Source: Eledone cirrhosa
Taxonomy: Eukaryota
Reading direction: 5' to 3'
Assembly: GCA_964016885.1 (NCBI GenBank)
Contig: OZ024759.1
Coordinates: forward strand, 5,022,001 to 5,086,000
Length of the DNA: 64,000 nt
Shown one piece after another: positions 25,711 to 39,284 of this stretch (positions within the stretch are counted from its first letter, which is position 1; the number at the start of each line of letters is the position of its first letter). The position numbers were made by a program, and so were the translations under genes. The notes beneath the pieces were generated by a model. That model saw only the letters and a list, made by a program, of their open reading frames with translations, ran no database searches and was not told the origin of the DNA.

Positions 25711-26605
25711 ATGAAGGCAGCAGGTACTCGGTGTCGTTGTGCATGTTTCAACTCTCTTCCTGGTGTCATACGTTAAAAGTCCCTGATATAATTTAATACC
25801 TTCAGACACAGTTCCAATCGTTTTTAGTTTATTGTAAATCAGAAAGTATCACTCAATAAAATATCAATTATATATCAATAAGAAAACCTCTAGGTAGTCT
25901 CACTGACTGCTAGAAATAGCAGCGATATTACCCATTACAACTGCTCTCTCTCTCTCTCTATATATATATACACACATATATGTACGTATGTATGTATATG
26001 TGTATATATGTGTATGAATGAGTGTGTATGTGTGTATATGTGTACATAGGGTTTTGGTATATGTACGTTTGGTGAACATATGTGTATTTACCTGTAGGAA
26101 TGTGAGTGTGCGTTCTATACGCATTTATGCGTGTATATTTATATATGTATTTATAATTATATGTATATATACACACACAAACATATATTTATATGTGTAT
26201 TTGGTGCATACAATCGTATGTGTGCGGGTATATGTGTTGCGCCGGTTTACGTCCGTGCGCGCCTGTTTATGTGTACGTATATGTATATGCATGCATGCCG
26301 TGAGTTTTCGCATATGCTCATGTATAAATGTGTGTATGTATATATTTAATTATTATTACTTTTATGATTTTAATAACATCTGTCATTTTCGTTCAACTAA
26401 TTTATTTACATTATTCTGGACTCCGAAGCCGAGCATCATTCAGTTTCCTTAATAGAATATTAGTCTACGACTCCATTTACACCATAAAGGTGGTTTTGTC
26501 TTTACGTGTAATTGTTGTCACCGCTCCACATAACGACGTATTATCTTCTTTTTCCCGTTCATTGCCAGAGAATGTCTTCACGAATCAAAGCATAAATTAT
26601 TTTCC

Positions 26606-27169
26606 CGAGCTGACGTACCCAGCTTCGCCCGGGTAAACAGATGATAAAAGAAAAGGTCCCTATTTACTCCCTTCACAACTCTGTATGTTAGACTGACAGA
26701 CAGGCACACAGACAGATAAACTGCGTGGCGATTGTGGAACGCCGCACGTATACACACATACACGCACACAAACTTACACACGCACCCGTGCACTTACACA
26801 CACGCACACACTCACACATGTTGATAGTTTTTACTTTCTGTGGAACGCTGCACGCACGCACACATACATAAACATACGCGCACGTACATACACACGCACA
26901 CGTGTTAATAGTTATTGCTTTCCTTCCCCTCTTATTTCCACACACATCACACACACACACACACGTCTCTACACTGACACATATACATAGTGTATCCAAC
27001 ACAGCGTTCACTTTGCCTCTCTCCGCCTCTCACTCTCTCATTGGCATTATACATATTAATTTAAGTTTGGCGTAGTTGAGGTGGGCGGAGTCGTTTGAAA
27101 CCTATGAACCAATGATAATCGAGAATTATGACACATGGAATATTGACATTGTTGAAATTAATATATAGA
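26606..27169 (-). mobile_element. Non-autonomous mini-Helitron (564 bp), head-to-tail with the large Helitron
   Basis: Starts TC at 27169-27168; 26655-27169 is homologous to 32602-33011; ends with the same hairpin but CTCG in place of CTAG. Confidence 0.85.
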
Positions 27170-30100
27170 CTAGCTGACGTACCTAGCTTCGCCCGGGTAA
27201 ACAGATGATAAGAGAAGACAGGTAAAAGAGAAAATGTCTGTATTGGATGTTTGTCTGGTTACAGTGTGAGGCGAGTCCGTGTTGTCTGTGTGATACAAAA
27301 AAACAGTAAAAATAATCTTCCAGATATACCAGATTCTTCGTCGTGCGGTTTGTGCATAGTATATGAACAATTCTAGGTGCTCCCACCTAGAATAGTGACC
27401 TCTAGGAGATGGTTCCTCTTCTGCCTGACTGGAAAACGTGTATCATTGCATAGACGTGGTTGTTCCACGTTTCTCAAAAGGATGATGGAAGTTCCAATCT
27501 TTTATATTATATGTAGATATAGATATAGATAATTAATAAAAAAGATGTCCGTCAATGTAAAGAAGGTCCCTATTTACTTGAAATGGTTTATACAAATGCC
27601 AAATTAATATGGATATGGATAACATGCTTATCTATAAGTGGTCAGCTATAATAATAAAACAACAAATTATATGACACAAAAATTTATTCAGTAATTTCCA
27701 GGCTCTTAGCCACTGAGTAATAGACAGTCAATATTGCCCAGAGTTCAACTCGGGGAGGTGGCCTGGTTTGAACTCAAAATGGCGGATCCTTCTACTTCGA
27801 AAATAGAATCGTTTTTCAATATTACTCTAGCCCTGGCCGGCCATAGGCACCAAACTTTTTGCCAGACTCAGCATATGATGAGGTTTTATTACCACTGCAA
27901 TCAGAAGCGATAAATTTGAAGGCAATTTCTACCAATACTTGTTGGTTTTTATTGCTCATTATCGACAATAAATGACATTGGACATAAATGATAACTCTGC
28001 CAAAGCTCACAATACAGATGAAAGGAAACCAATGTCCGAATCATATACGTCGCTTATTGATAGCTTTAAAGATATGCATACATCAGCTCAAAGCTTCATT
28101 ATAGACAATATTTAGGTTTGTTACTCTGTTAGTGGTATCAATTGCAAATTTTATACCATCAGGATCGCACACTCGAGATGCAGCAACATAGAGTTGCCCA
28201 TGGCTGAATGCTGGATCATTCAAGTAGACACCGACTCGCTTGAAAGTCTGTCCCTGTGCCTTGTTGACAGTCATGGAGAAGGCCAAATTGACGGGAAACT
28301 GTCTCCTTTGCCAAATAAATGGCAGCAGATCTTCACTTGGTCTCAGCATGATCCTCGGAATGAGAACCGATTCCTCTCTGCCTGGGAGTTTAGCTTCTAA
28401 AACTCTTCCGTTAATCAATCTCTCAACAATCAATCTGGTACCATTGCAAAGACCCATTTTATGATTGATATTTCTAAGCAATATAATCGGCAAACCCTTT
28501 TTCAACCTCAAAATATGTGGGGGAAATCCGGGTATTTGAAGTGAATTCAGATACTCAGTCGGAACATCCATACTGTTCTGCTGATTAGGCTCCATTGCAT
28601 ACGCACTGACGGTCAACCATTCCTCTCCAGGAAACATTCCGGCTACTTGTGAATTTATTTCATCGACCGTTGTATTCGTATGAGTTAGAATAACATGTTC
28701 CGATATCCAGGAGATATTCTGCCAAAAAGCATTCAAATTAGGGAACACCCAGTCAATCAAGCCTTGGCGGTCCAGTGGCATGACCAAATGGTCTGGGATT
28801 CATACAGTCTGATTATCACCAACGTGTGGCAATTCATCGTTTCCCAACTGCATCAACCATCGGCCGTATGTCTCAGCCTCTTCGTTTTGCCCGAACATAG
28901 GAAGTCGCATATTATCGTGTAATCGCAAAACTCTGAAATGGCCCCACAACGGGGACTTTTTCAGACATGCATCGACAATTTGCGCTCTTTGAGCATTCCT
29001 AACAATTGGTAGCACCTGTCTGAAATCGCCACCAACAACGATAGTCTTACCACTGAATGGCAGGTCACTACCGCAGATATCTCTCAAAGTTCTGTCCAAT
29101 GCCTCCAGCAAATATCTGTGTGCCATTGGAGCCTCGTCCCAAATAATCAGAGACGTATTGCGTATAAGGCCCGCGAGTTCACTTTGTCCTGTAATATTAC
29201 AGACACTCAACTCATCTGGAGCCAATGGAGCCTTGAAGCATGAGTGGAAGGTCCTTCCACCACTCAGCAAAGTGGCAGCGATGCCCCTGGTGGGCACAGG
29301 GAGAGCAATCTTCCTCTGAGCTCTGACTGCCGATAACATAGTGTTGAAACAGAATGTCTTTCCGGTGCCTCCTGGAACATCTATGAAAGCACAAAGTTGC
29401 TCATTAGTGGAAATCGAGTGGAGAGCGCCATCGACCAATTCTCTGTGAGATTGGGTCAACATTGGCATACGTTCATCCACAATACGTTGCTGTTCCAGTG
29501 GATCAAACTGGAATAGTTCCCTCCGATCGAGTGGCAACCGTCTAAGCTGCAATCTCATGTTCAATGCTAAGACACGTTGCCGCATTTCTTCATCAGGAAT
29601 TGGCAAATTGAAATCTGTTAAACATTTCAAATGAACTTCGAGCAGTTGCTCAATATTGAGCAAAACAATAGCCTTCATCAAATGTTCATCATAGACCTGA
29701 AGATGGTGCCTAAAATCATCAGCCATAATTCCCCAATGGCGTTCAAATAACTCTCTTGGATCGGCAGGATTGCAGAATCCTAGAATCGTGACAAACAACT
29801 GCCATATTCGAGCTGGCATCTGTGTTGTTCCTGCAGCTTCCATGGCGTTATTCCATTCAGCGTCATCCTGAAGGAGTCCCAGATGCTGACACACAGCCTG
29901 GTATCTTTTATATTCCACGCCATTGATTGTTTTCAAATCAGCGAAGCTCTGTTTACCTCTCGAAAAATCACTATGCAACAGAATTCGGAGATAAAACACA
30001 TCACCAGATGCTGGATGGACATTACAAACCCGTCCAATAGTCATGAATCTCAACTTTTGTTTTCTATCATTCCATTTCTTTCCCTTCTTATCCCACGTAT

Positions 30101-33011
30101 AGTGCGAAGGGAAATCGCAGTAGAGTTGCTTTTGATCCGGGTTCAAAGCATGTTCCCTATTATGCTTGAACCACTCAGTCAATTCCGTCTTAGGAGGTGG
30201 TGCGTTAGCAATTCTTTCTATACCTCTTCTACTGTCCTTAAAACAGACCATTTGCCTATTCTCTAAGTGAACCGTCAGTTTCTGAACGCTGTGTTTGCGT
30301 TCATTGAGATCAAAATCGAACAATCTCCAGCAAGCTTCGCTAGATCCAATCGAGCGAACATCCTGGAACCTGCCAACTTCATCTCCTTGGTTCGCTTCCT
30401 CATTCCTGACATTCATCATTGCCCCATCATGACCTTTGTAAACATACTTGAATAGATATTTGCAAGCTTTCACTGAGCTACAAATTTCCACATTAATATG
30501 ACAATGATATTTCATAATCAAATATGGATTGTATGGCACAACCCATTGATTTGTAACCTGTCGACCGTTTACATTTTCGACCAAACCGCCATCGGCAGGC
30601 GACCGTCTTCTGTATGAGGGATGAGCATCCCCATCATTCCAGGAAGTGTTCGTGACAAAAGATTTCGGAAAGTGCTTACTGCATTGGCCATTTTTCATGC
30701 AAGGCGCTTTCCGATTTGCCACTCCGCATTGGTTGTGCACCATTGACTTTGCCACCAAGTTGCATAGTGCCTCATTCTCCGGCAGTTCAGCACACACAAT
30801 GCTGTCGACATCCTCAGCACATCACAATTTGCTATGTCTATGTAAAATGATCAGCAAATGTGCATGTGGCAATCCTCTTTTTTGGAATTCAATTACATAT
30901 GTAAAAGCAACTATACCTCCAAAGATTCCCTCTTTTTCCACATCATCCATTATCTTTTTCAGATATCCTTTGAATACTCTTGCCACAATATCAGGACGGT
31001 CCTTTGGCTGTTGTCCTGGCAAAAGTGCATCCTTAATATCAGTCCATTCAGGATTGCATGTAACAGTTATAAACAAATCTGGCTTTCCAAACTTTCTGAC
31101 AATAGCCATTGCATCCTGATAGCGAATGTTCATATATCTCGGGCCGCCGATGAACGACGATGGCAAAATGATGCGTCGACCAATTTGCTTGTAATTGGCA
31201 TCATCGGCTGTTATCGCATCCTGTATATTATTATACAATTCAGCTCTGATATGTTGCTGATGTGTAGCTATATAATTTAGCCTTTGATTTTCGATCTTTG
31301 CGTATGCTATACAACAGTATTCCTGGAACAATCTGCTGGCTTGAAATAGCGCATTTCTCTGTTGATTCCTCTCGTTCAAATGGAACGCGTAAAAGTCGCG
31401 AATCGAATTATTGTGTCTATTGCCACCTCCCTGTTGATGCTGATTCTCATGATCATCTAAATGAACAGACATGTTCCATCCATTTTCACCTTTTGGGAAT
31501 AAAAGAACATAATGCAATGGATGGTATGTCCTATTTGACTCATTGATAGTGTTGAGACCACCATCTCTGCGATTGAGGGCGATATCTCTCGATCCAGGCT
31601 TATCGTCCATCAACACAGCAACTTCACGAAATCCTTCGGGGGCATTATATCGCCGTTCGTGTTGATTCCTTGGCACTGCGTCAGCCTTAATCACCAATGT
31701 TTGTTGCTGAACATTCTGCAGTTCAGCCACCAACATGAAATCCATAACATAAGGATTACACTGTCTAAGCCATGATTGCAAATCATGGATCAAATCACTT
31801 AACCTTTGCCGTTCAAGTTCAGTTATATTTCCCGGCAACTTCATCCAACCGATCCTGATATCCTCCTCCGATTCACTATAATCTGGATTGTTAACGTAAA
31901 TTTGAGCGAATCAAGGCCTCTCTCCTGGGGTAACTTCTAAATTATCGATACAATGATACAAACGGCATTGAATGACGACATTCGGTTGCCATGCTCCACT
32001 CTCAAACATCTCACTAACTCTCTGCGATGCTAAAGCTAATAAATTGTTAATTTGCCGCGAATATTTGCGCAGTAATCTACCTCGGTCTCATTGATCACCC
32101 CACATACTTAGTATTTTAAACTCCGGTGACTCCCCATCATCCGGCATTCGCAAAGGTTCTAGTTGAACTGCTCCTTTGTGACAGCACATTGTGGTCCACG
32201 TCTTTTCGTGCCACCAAAGCAATGCTCCACAATGTGGAGACCCTGGTCGTCCACCAATCTGACAGTGACACGGTTGCCATGATCCATTTTTAATATCATT
32301 CGTTCGCCTCTTTACTGGAATGAGGAGCACTTTGCGACACATTCCCTGAACTTCTGTATTGCGCTGGCGCTGTTCAGCCAGCTCCTCTTCATCCACCGGA
32401 GCACGCCATTGCTGCTGAATTCTGGCCACCTGCTGATGATGCTCAGCCAGTTCGTTTTTCAACCATCGCAGCACTCCGTCGCCGCTGTAGTTCACTGTTT
32501 GATAAAGTCGAATTGCTTTTCTTATCAGTATTCATTTGGAGCAATTGTAAAAAAAAATGACACAATAATAAATATAAAAGATGTCCGTCAATGTAAAGAA
32601 ATGTCCCTATTTACTCCCTTCACAACTCTGTGTATGACAGACAGGCACACAGACAGATAAACTGCGCGGCGATTGTGGAACGTCACACGCATACACGCAT
32701 GGAAACGCGCACACGCACACAAACTTACACACGCACACACTCACACATGTTGATAGTTTTTACTTTCTGTGGAACACTGCACGCACGCACACACACATAA
32801 ACATACGCGCACATACATACACACGCATACATGTTAATAGTTATTGAACACAGTGTTCACACTCTCCCCTCTCACTCCCTCATTGGCATTATGCATATTA
32901 ATTTCAGTTTGGCGTCGTTGGGGTGGGCGGAGTCCTTTGAAACCTATGAACCAATGATAATCGAGAATTGTGACACACGGAATACTGACGTTCTTCAAAT
33001 TAATAAATAGA
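27170..33011 (-). mobile_element. Helitron, full-length autonomous-type element (inactivated)
   Basis: 5' A|TC at 33011; 3' hairpin tacccgggcgaagctaggta then cgtcag-CTAG ending at 27170; RepHel ORF inside. Confidence 0.92.
28083..32495 (-). pseudogene. Helitron RepHel (HUH Rep plus Pif1-family helicase), one frame with four in-frame TGA stops
   Basis: PHCGALLW..CC, PDLFITVTCNPEW, IEFQKRGLPHAHLL, KYLFKYVYKGHD, PGGTGKTF, IIWDEAPM, GDFRQVLP, NGTRL, NKAQGQT, FSHGQLYVAASRV; stops at 32088, 31911, 30822 and 28800. Confidence 0.95.
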
Positions 33012-33799
33012 TATATATATATCATCATCATCATCATCATCATCATTTTACGTCCGCTTTTCTCTGCTTGCAAGCCATGTGCCTCTTCCTATATATACAT
33101 ATATACTATATACATATACACACATATACATATATATATATGTATATATATATATGTATATATATATACGTAATTAATACATGCATACATTTATTTTTTT
33201 TAAATTAATTGAGTTCTTAACACGCAGGATTAAAATTGTTTTTAAAAAAACTAATTAACCCACGTGGATATTATTTTACTTTCTTGTGTTTCGCGATTGC
33301 CTCCCTTTTCCGCTTCGTGACGCTGTGAAATTCCTCAGTCTAGGACTGCTGGAATTTCAAATTTGGCGGTCATTATGATGCGTGAAGGGACGACTTAGCT
33401 GACACGAAAAATAACTGCAGTAAGAAATGTTTTCTTATATCAATGTTTGAAGGGCATCCACTGATGATTTATAAGTGCCCACCTGCATATGTTCTTACAG
33501 AAAAATATGTAGGCTTCTACATAAACCGGAAACATTCTCCCAACTTGTAGAAAACTTATAATGAAACAATTGTTTGGAAAGAGAGATATATTTTAATTTT
33601 AATTATATCTCATATAAAATAATACAACTGGTTTTCCACAAAATACATATAGTTAGCACCCCAAACACAAAATTGGGATTATACTAAGGTATATCCTAAT
33701 GTTTGTTGAGTGAGATGGTAGTCAGTCAGAGTTTAGCTTAAAGCTTTCTCTGTTATTGTATTAAATATATGTATATATATATATATATATGTATCTATA

Positions 33800-36770
33800 T
33801 ATATCACCTTGACCGACCAGTCTGTCGGGCGTCCATTCGACGCCGCTGGTCACAGCACGCCGTCCATTCCTCTCCGTATTGTGCTTTCCTCATCCATGTA
33901 GTCCCAATCATATTCCTAAAATTATCTGCCACCTTCATGGAGGCCTTCCGAGTGGTCGCTTCCACTCGCACGGGTACCACTCCGCAACTGCGCAGGTCCA
34001 GTGATTATCGGTGAACCGGGCGACGTGTCCAGCCCATCTGAACTTGCTGCGTATATATTGCGCGATGACGTCCCTCACACCGGACTTCTGTCTAATGACT
34101 TCGCTCCTGATGTGCTCTCTCAACAAGATTCCTAGCATTGATCTCTCCATGGCTCTTTGAGCCGTTACCAGCCTCTGCTCTTCTCTCTTCGTTGTAGCCC
34201 AAGATTCACTGCCATATAACATTGCAGGTAAAACTGTGCTATTGAAGGGGTTGGCGTGGGTGGTCTTGTCCAACCTCCCCTTGAGCACATCCCTTATGCC
34301 GCTGAACGCCTTCCATCCCTTACTCTCTGCGAGATCAGCCTCTCAATGTATTGGCGCATGTTCACTTCTTGTCCTAGGTAGACGTATTCCTCCACCTCCT
34401 CTATTTCATCACCACCAACCACCATTCGACCTGTTGGTACGTTGTCGGACCGCATGAAGTTCGTTTTCATGCTGTTCATCTTGAGGCCTACTGCAGAGCT
34501 TTTGATGTCGAGCTCCGTCAACATGGTCTGAAGCCGATCCGTGGTTTCAGCGATGAGTACGATGTCATCAGCGAAACGGAGGTGGGTAAGTATCTCCCCA
34601 TTGATGGTGACACCGCCTTGCCAGTCAATGCCTCTGATGATCTGCTCGAGACACGCGGTGAAAACTTTTGGAGAGATCGTATCTCCTTGCTTCACTCCCT
34701 TCTCGACCGGCACTCGTACGGGTGATGACAGCAGAGCTGTGTCGGTGGTGCATCCGGAATTCGCCTCCTTGAGCAGTTGAACGTATTCTGCCTCGACTCC
34801 TTGCCTCTGCAGCGAGTTCAGCACTGCGTTGATTTCGACGCTGTCGAAGGCCTTCTTGTAGTCTACGAACGCGACGCAAAGAGGCATCTTGTACTCTTTT
34901 GCTTGCTCAAGCAGTTGTGTCAGAGTAAATATGTGGTCCATCGTGCTGTAGTTCTTCCGGAAGCCGGCTTGCTCTTTCGGTTGCGGTTCGTCCAGATGAT
35001 GTGATAACCTGTTCAGGATTATCTTCGTGAACAGCTTGTACACGTGAGACAGCAGGAATATGGGTCAGTAGTTCTTCAGATCTTGTCTATCGCCCTTCTT
35101 TTATAGCAGGATGGTATTCGACTCTTTCCACTGCGAGGGTATTCTTCCCTCGTCCAGATCGTGTGTGAATCGCTCGGCGAGGATTTTCCAGAGCTGTTCT
35201 CCGCCTGACTTCAACACCTCCGATGTTATTCCGTCTTTCCCTGGCGCCTTTCCGCTTTTCATTACACCGACGGCTCTTTCCACCTCACCGACAAGGATGG
35301 GTGGCACATTTTCTTCCTGTTGGAGTGACGGCAACGGCTGCACATTCCCGGCAGACTTGAAGAGCTTGGTGTAGAAGTCTTCGTAAATCTTTTCCATCTC
35401 ATTCTTGTCGCTGACCGGTACTCCAGCTGTGTTCTTCAGGGTCGTCACCTCCGATCTGTACATTGCCATGTCCGTCTCGCATTTCTTGAGGCTCTTCTTT
35501 TCCTCTGCGGCCTTCAGGAGCTTCCCCATCCGGTATGCCTCGAAGTCTCTCTTCAGTTGCCGTATCACTCTGCTGAGAAGGGAATATTCGAGGTGATTTT
35601 CAGGTGTCCTCTTCATAATCTTCCTCTTCTCAAGCAACTTCATAGTTTCCTCCCAGACTCTTCCCTTCCGCTCCTTCGGGCACACACCCTTAGCCTTCCT
35701 CAAGCACTCCTTCAGTTTCCTTATCAGTGAGTCGTAGTCAGCGTCTATGCCGTCTCCTTTACACCACTTTTCCTGCATGATGGCTTCCTGCTGCTGCGCC
35801 TCGTTGAAGACCCAGACGCGTTCTCCCTTCGACGCCAAATGCAGCGCCTTCTTCTCCCTCGTCCGATCGATGACGACCTTCGGCCTCACCAGACGATGAT
35901 CACTGCCAGTGTTAAATGGCGTTATGACGGAGACGTCCTGCAGTATACGTCGCTTGTCGACCAGGATGTAGTCGATCTCGTTTCCGTGCTCAGAATTTAG
36001 CGATACCCAGGTCCATCTTTTCTCCTCCTTCTTCCTGAATAGGCTGTTTCCGATGTAGAGCCGTCTCATCTCCGCCATGGTGACCAGACACTCTCCTCTC
36101 TCATTTCGATCTCCTAGGCCGAATTTTCCTACATACTCTTCCCCTTGCCGTCCCTGTCCGACCTTTGCGTTGAAGTCCCCCATCACGACGGTGTAAGTGG
36201 ACTTCACAGCTAGCACTTTGTCTAGCTGGCGATAGAATTCTTCCACTTCCTCGTCGTCGCGTAGGTCTGGATGATCTTGAGGGTGGCCTTCCCTGAGAGG
36301 TTTATGTTCAGTACACCAATCCGTGACGATATGAACTGGCAAGAAGTGACCTTCGAAGCCCATTCCTTGCTTACGATAAACCCTATACCAATCTGGCATC
36401 CTCTGCTTTCCCGAGTCTCACGGCGCATCCATCTTGCCATCGGGAATTCGCCTCCTTCTTCTGGCGGGTCTTGCACAGCCCTAACACGTCCCACCTGATC
36501 TTCTTCTTCTCCTCCATTAGGTGGTTCAGTCCTTGCCCCCTGCCAAAGACCTGCAGTTGTATGTGCATATGGCAAGGTTAGTCCTGTTCCATGGCGGCCT
36601 TCGGGAACCTGCGATTCTTAGCAGCCTCTCGTCGCTCGGGTCGCACTCCGCCGTCATGGAGCAGCCCGATTGACTCGCAGGGTACTGAGGCCCTTTTCTT
36701 CGTGCTGTTTTAACCATAAGATGACGCCATCCCATTGGCTGGGCGGGCAGGCCGGTACCTCTTCAGTTTA
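33800..36770 (-). mobile_element. RTE-clade LINE family B, near full length (APE endonuclease plus RT), with frameshifts
   Basis: ICTYNCRSL, WDVLGLC, VVMGDFNAKVG, NEIDYILV, GSDHRLV, KSGKAPGKDGI, EQAGFR, DYKKAFDSV, GVKQGD, HLRFADDIVL, KFRWAGHVAR, KRPLGRPP. Confidence 0.93.
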
Positions 36771-36853
36771 GCTAGCTTTTGAACTCTAGAAGATGATGAA
36801 TCATCTCTAGGACCCAATTCGGGTCAAACAAATAAAAAAAAATATATATATAC

Positions 36854-36888
<35 letters not shown>

Positions 36889-36890
36889 CA

Positions 36891-37038
36891 TATACTTGGG
36901 GAGGTTCATATTGTTGTAATAATATTGCCAGAAATAATAACAGAACACACTCACTGTTTGGTTGGTTTTCGCTTCTGTATCTTTTATATCTCCATAGTTA
37001 ATTTATTTGGCAATCAAAGAACTTTGTTAGACTATATA

Positions 37039-37084
<46 letters not shown>

Positions 37085-37210
37085 ACCATTGGTCAATCAA
37101 TGCCAAATAAATTAACTATGGAGATATAAAAGATACAGAAGCGAAAACCAACCAAACAGTGTTATTATTTCTGGCAATATTATTACAACAATATGAACCT
37201 CCCCAAGTAT
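36891..37210. repeat. Inverted repeat with arms of about 120 bp and a (TA)n-rich spacer
   Basis: tacttggggaggttcatattg...ttatttggca (36893-37011) versus tgccaaataa...caatatgaacctccccaagta (37101-37209). Confidence 0.9.
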
Positions 37211-37269
<59 letters not shown>

Positions 37270-37574
37270 TATATACACACACACATATATATATACACAC
37301 ACACATATATATACACACACATATATATACACACACATATATATATACACACATATATATATATACATATATATATATACACATCATCATCATCATTCTA
37401 CGTCCACTTTTCCCTGCTTGCAAGGGTGGGATGGGAACTGATCCTGGCTTGATTTCTACAGCTGGATGCCCTTCCTAACACCAACCTCATTTACAGTGAG
37501 TGCTGGGTGCTTTTTTTGCCGTGGCACCTCCACGACCACTTTACAGTGGAATGATAGGGACCCCAGTCCCTATC

Positions 37575-38048
37575 ATCTCATTTCTACAGCTGAGTAAACT
37601 GGAGCAATGTGAAATAAAGTGTCTTGCTCAAGGAAACAACGCATCACGTGGTCTGAGAATTGAACTCACAACCTTTCGATTGCAAGGCCAATGCTCTAAC
37701 TACTAAGCCATGTGCCTCCATTCATATATATATACATATATATATATACACACACATATATATCTAAGTCTAAAGTCTGTCTTAAGCCAGCAGGCTCATT
37801 TGGCCGGTGCTTATACCGGTTTCATGGCGTGAAGTGAGTGGGAGTACAAGACTACCCCCTGGACAGGATGCCAGTCCATCGCAGGGTTAAACCTCCAGCT
37901 ATTACTGGTACACATTTTCAGCTGAGTAAACTGGAGCAACGTGAAATAAAGTGTCTTTCTCAAGGAAACAACACATCACCCGGTCCAAGAATGGAACTCA
38001 CACCTTTCGATTGAAAGCCTAATGCTCTAACCACTAAGCCATGTGCCT

Positions 38049-38050
<2 letters not shown>
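37575..38050 (-). mobile_element. Two SINE family 1-type copies
   Basis: gaaataaagtgtcttgctcaagg...ctaagccatgtgcc at 37575-37720 and 37790-38050. Confidence 0.75.
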
Positions 38051-38129
<79 letters not shown>

Positions 38130-38134
<5 letters not shown>

Positions 38135-39120
38135 AGTATGTATGTATGTATACATACATACATATATGTATACAGACGTATAGTAGTATGTATATATATA
38201 CATACATGCACACATATATATATGTACGTATCAGTTTACCAAACATTTATTATAATGCTCGGTTTGTTTGTTTGTAAACAAACAAACAGCCCGAATTACA
38301 CCGTACAGTGTTTAGGCAACCACGTCACCTTTTTGTTCAACACTGACACAGGAATGATGTACTAGTTTCAAGCTTATTAGCTATCGTCAGCATTGTATAC
38401 CTTCCTGCCAGATGGTTGAACGTCTGAAAGTATATACTTTCCTTATGCATATTAACGGCTGAGCAGCCTAATTTGCATATCGAGTGAGATCAGTCGGCTG
38501 GGCACACCGAAAACGATAAATGGAATAGAATGAAATGAAATTTCATTTCTCACTCTTAGTAAGGCACTTACTTAAATGTAAGTATGTATGTATACGTACA
38601 TACATATATGTATACAGACGTACAGTAGTATGTATATATATACATACATGCACACATATATATATGCACGTATCGGTTTACCGAACATTTATTATAATGT
38701 TCGGTTTATTTGTTTGTAAACAAACAAACAGCCCGAATTACGCCGTACAGTGTTTAGGCAACCACGTCACCTTCGTTTCATTCTATTCCATTTATCGTTT
38801 TCAGTGTGCCCGGCCGACTGAACTCACTCAATATGCAAATTAGGCTGCTCAGCCATTAATATGCATAAGGAAAGTATATACTTTCAGATGTTCAACCATC
38901 TAGCAGGAAGGTATACGGTGCTGACGATAGCTAATAAGCTTGAAATGAGTACATTGTTCCTGTGTCAGTGTTGAACAAAAAGGTGACGTGGTTGCCTAAA
39001 CATTGTACGGCGTAATTCGGGCTGTTTACAAACAAACAAACCGGACATTATAATAAATGTTCAGTAAACCGATACGTGCATATATATATGTGTGCATGTA
39101 TGTATATATATATATATATG
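38130..39120. repeat. Nested direct and inverted duplication (A-B...A-B'-A')
   Basis: 38130-38330 is repeated directly at 38578-38772; 38200-38535 is repeated inverted at 38774-39110. Confidence 0.85.
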
Positions 39121-39284
39121 TATATACATATATATATATATACACACACACACACAATTATATAGAACAATAAAATATGGCACCAGATGTTCAACCCAAG
39201 ACCTTATGATTGAGAACAGCACACCTGTAACCTCTAAGCTATATATCTTCACACAGACTTTCTGATAAAGACAGAAGTACCCAC

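Noticed and set aside
28083-32495. Alternative genetic code or selenocysteine read-through of the four TGA codons
   Set aside because: Trp is encoded by TGG in the same ORF, the natural stop is also TGA, and the sites fit CGA>TGA decay better
36725-36775. Possible HDV-like ribozyme at the RTE family B 5' end (cagccaatgggatgg)
   Set aside because: Only a J4/2-P2-like string is visible; the complementary P2, P1 and P3 strands were not found
20710-38365. Many short YI/CV/HT-repeat ORFs
   Set aside because: Translations of (TA)n and (CA)n microsatellites
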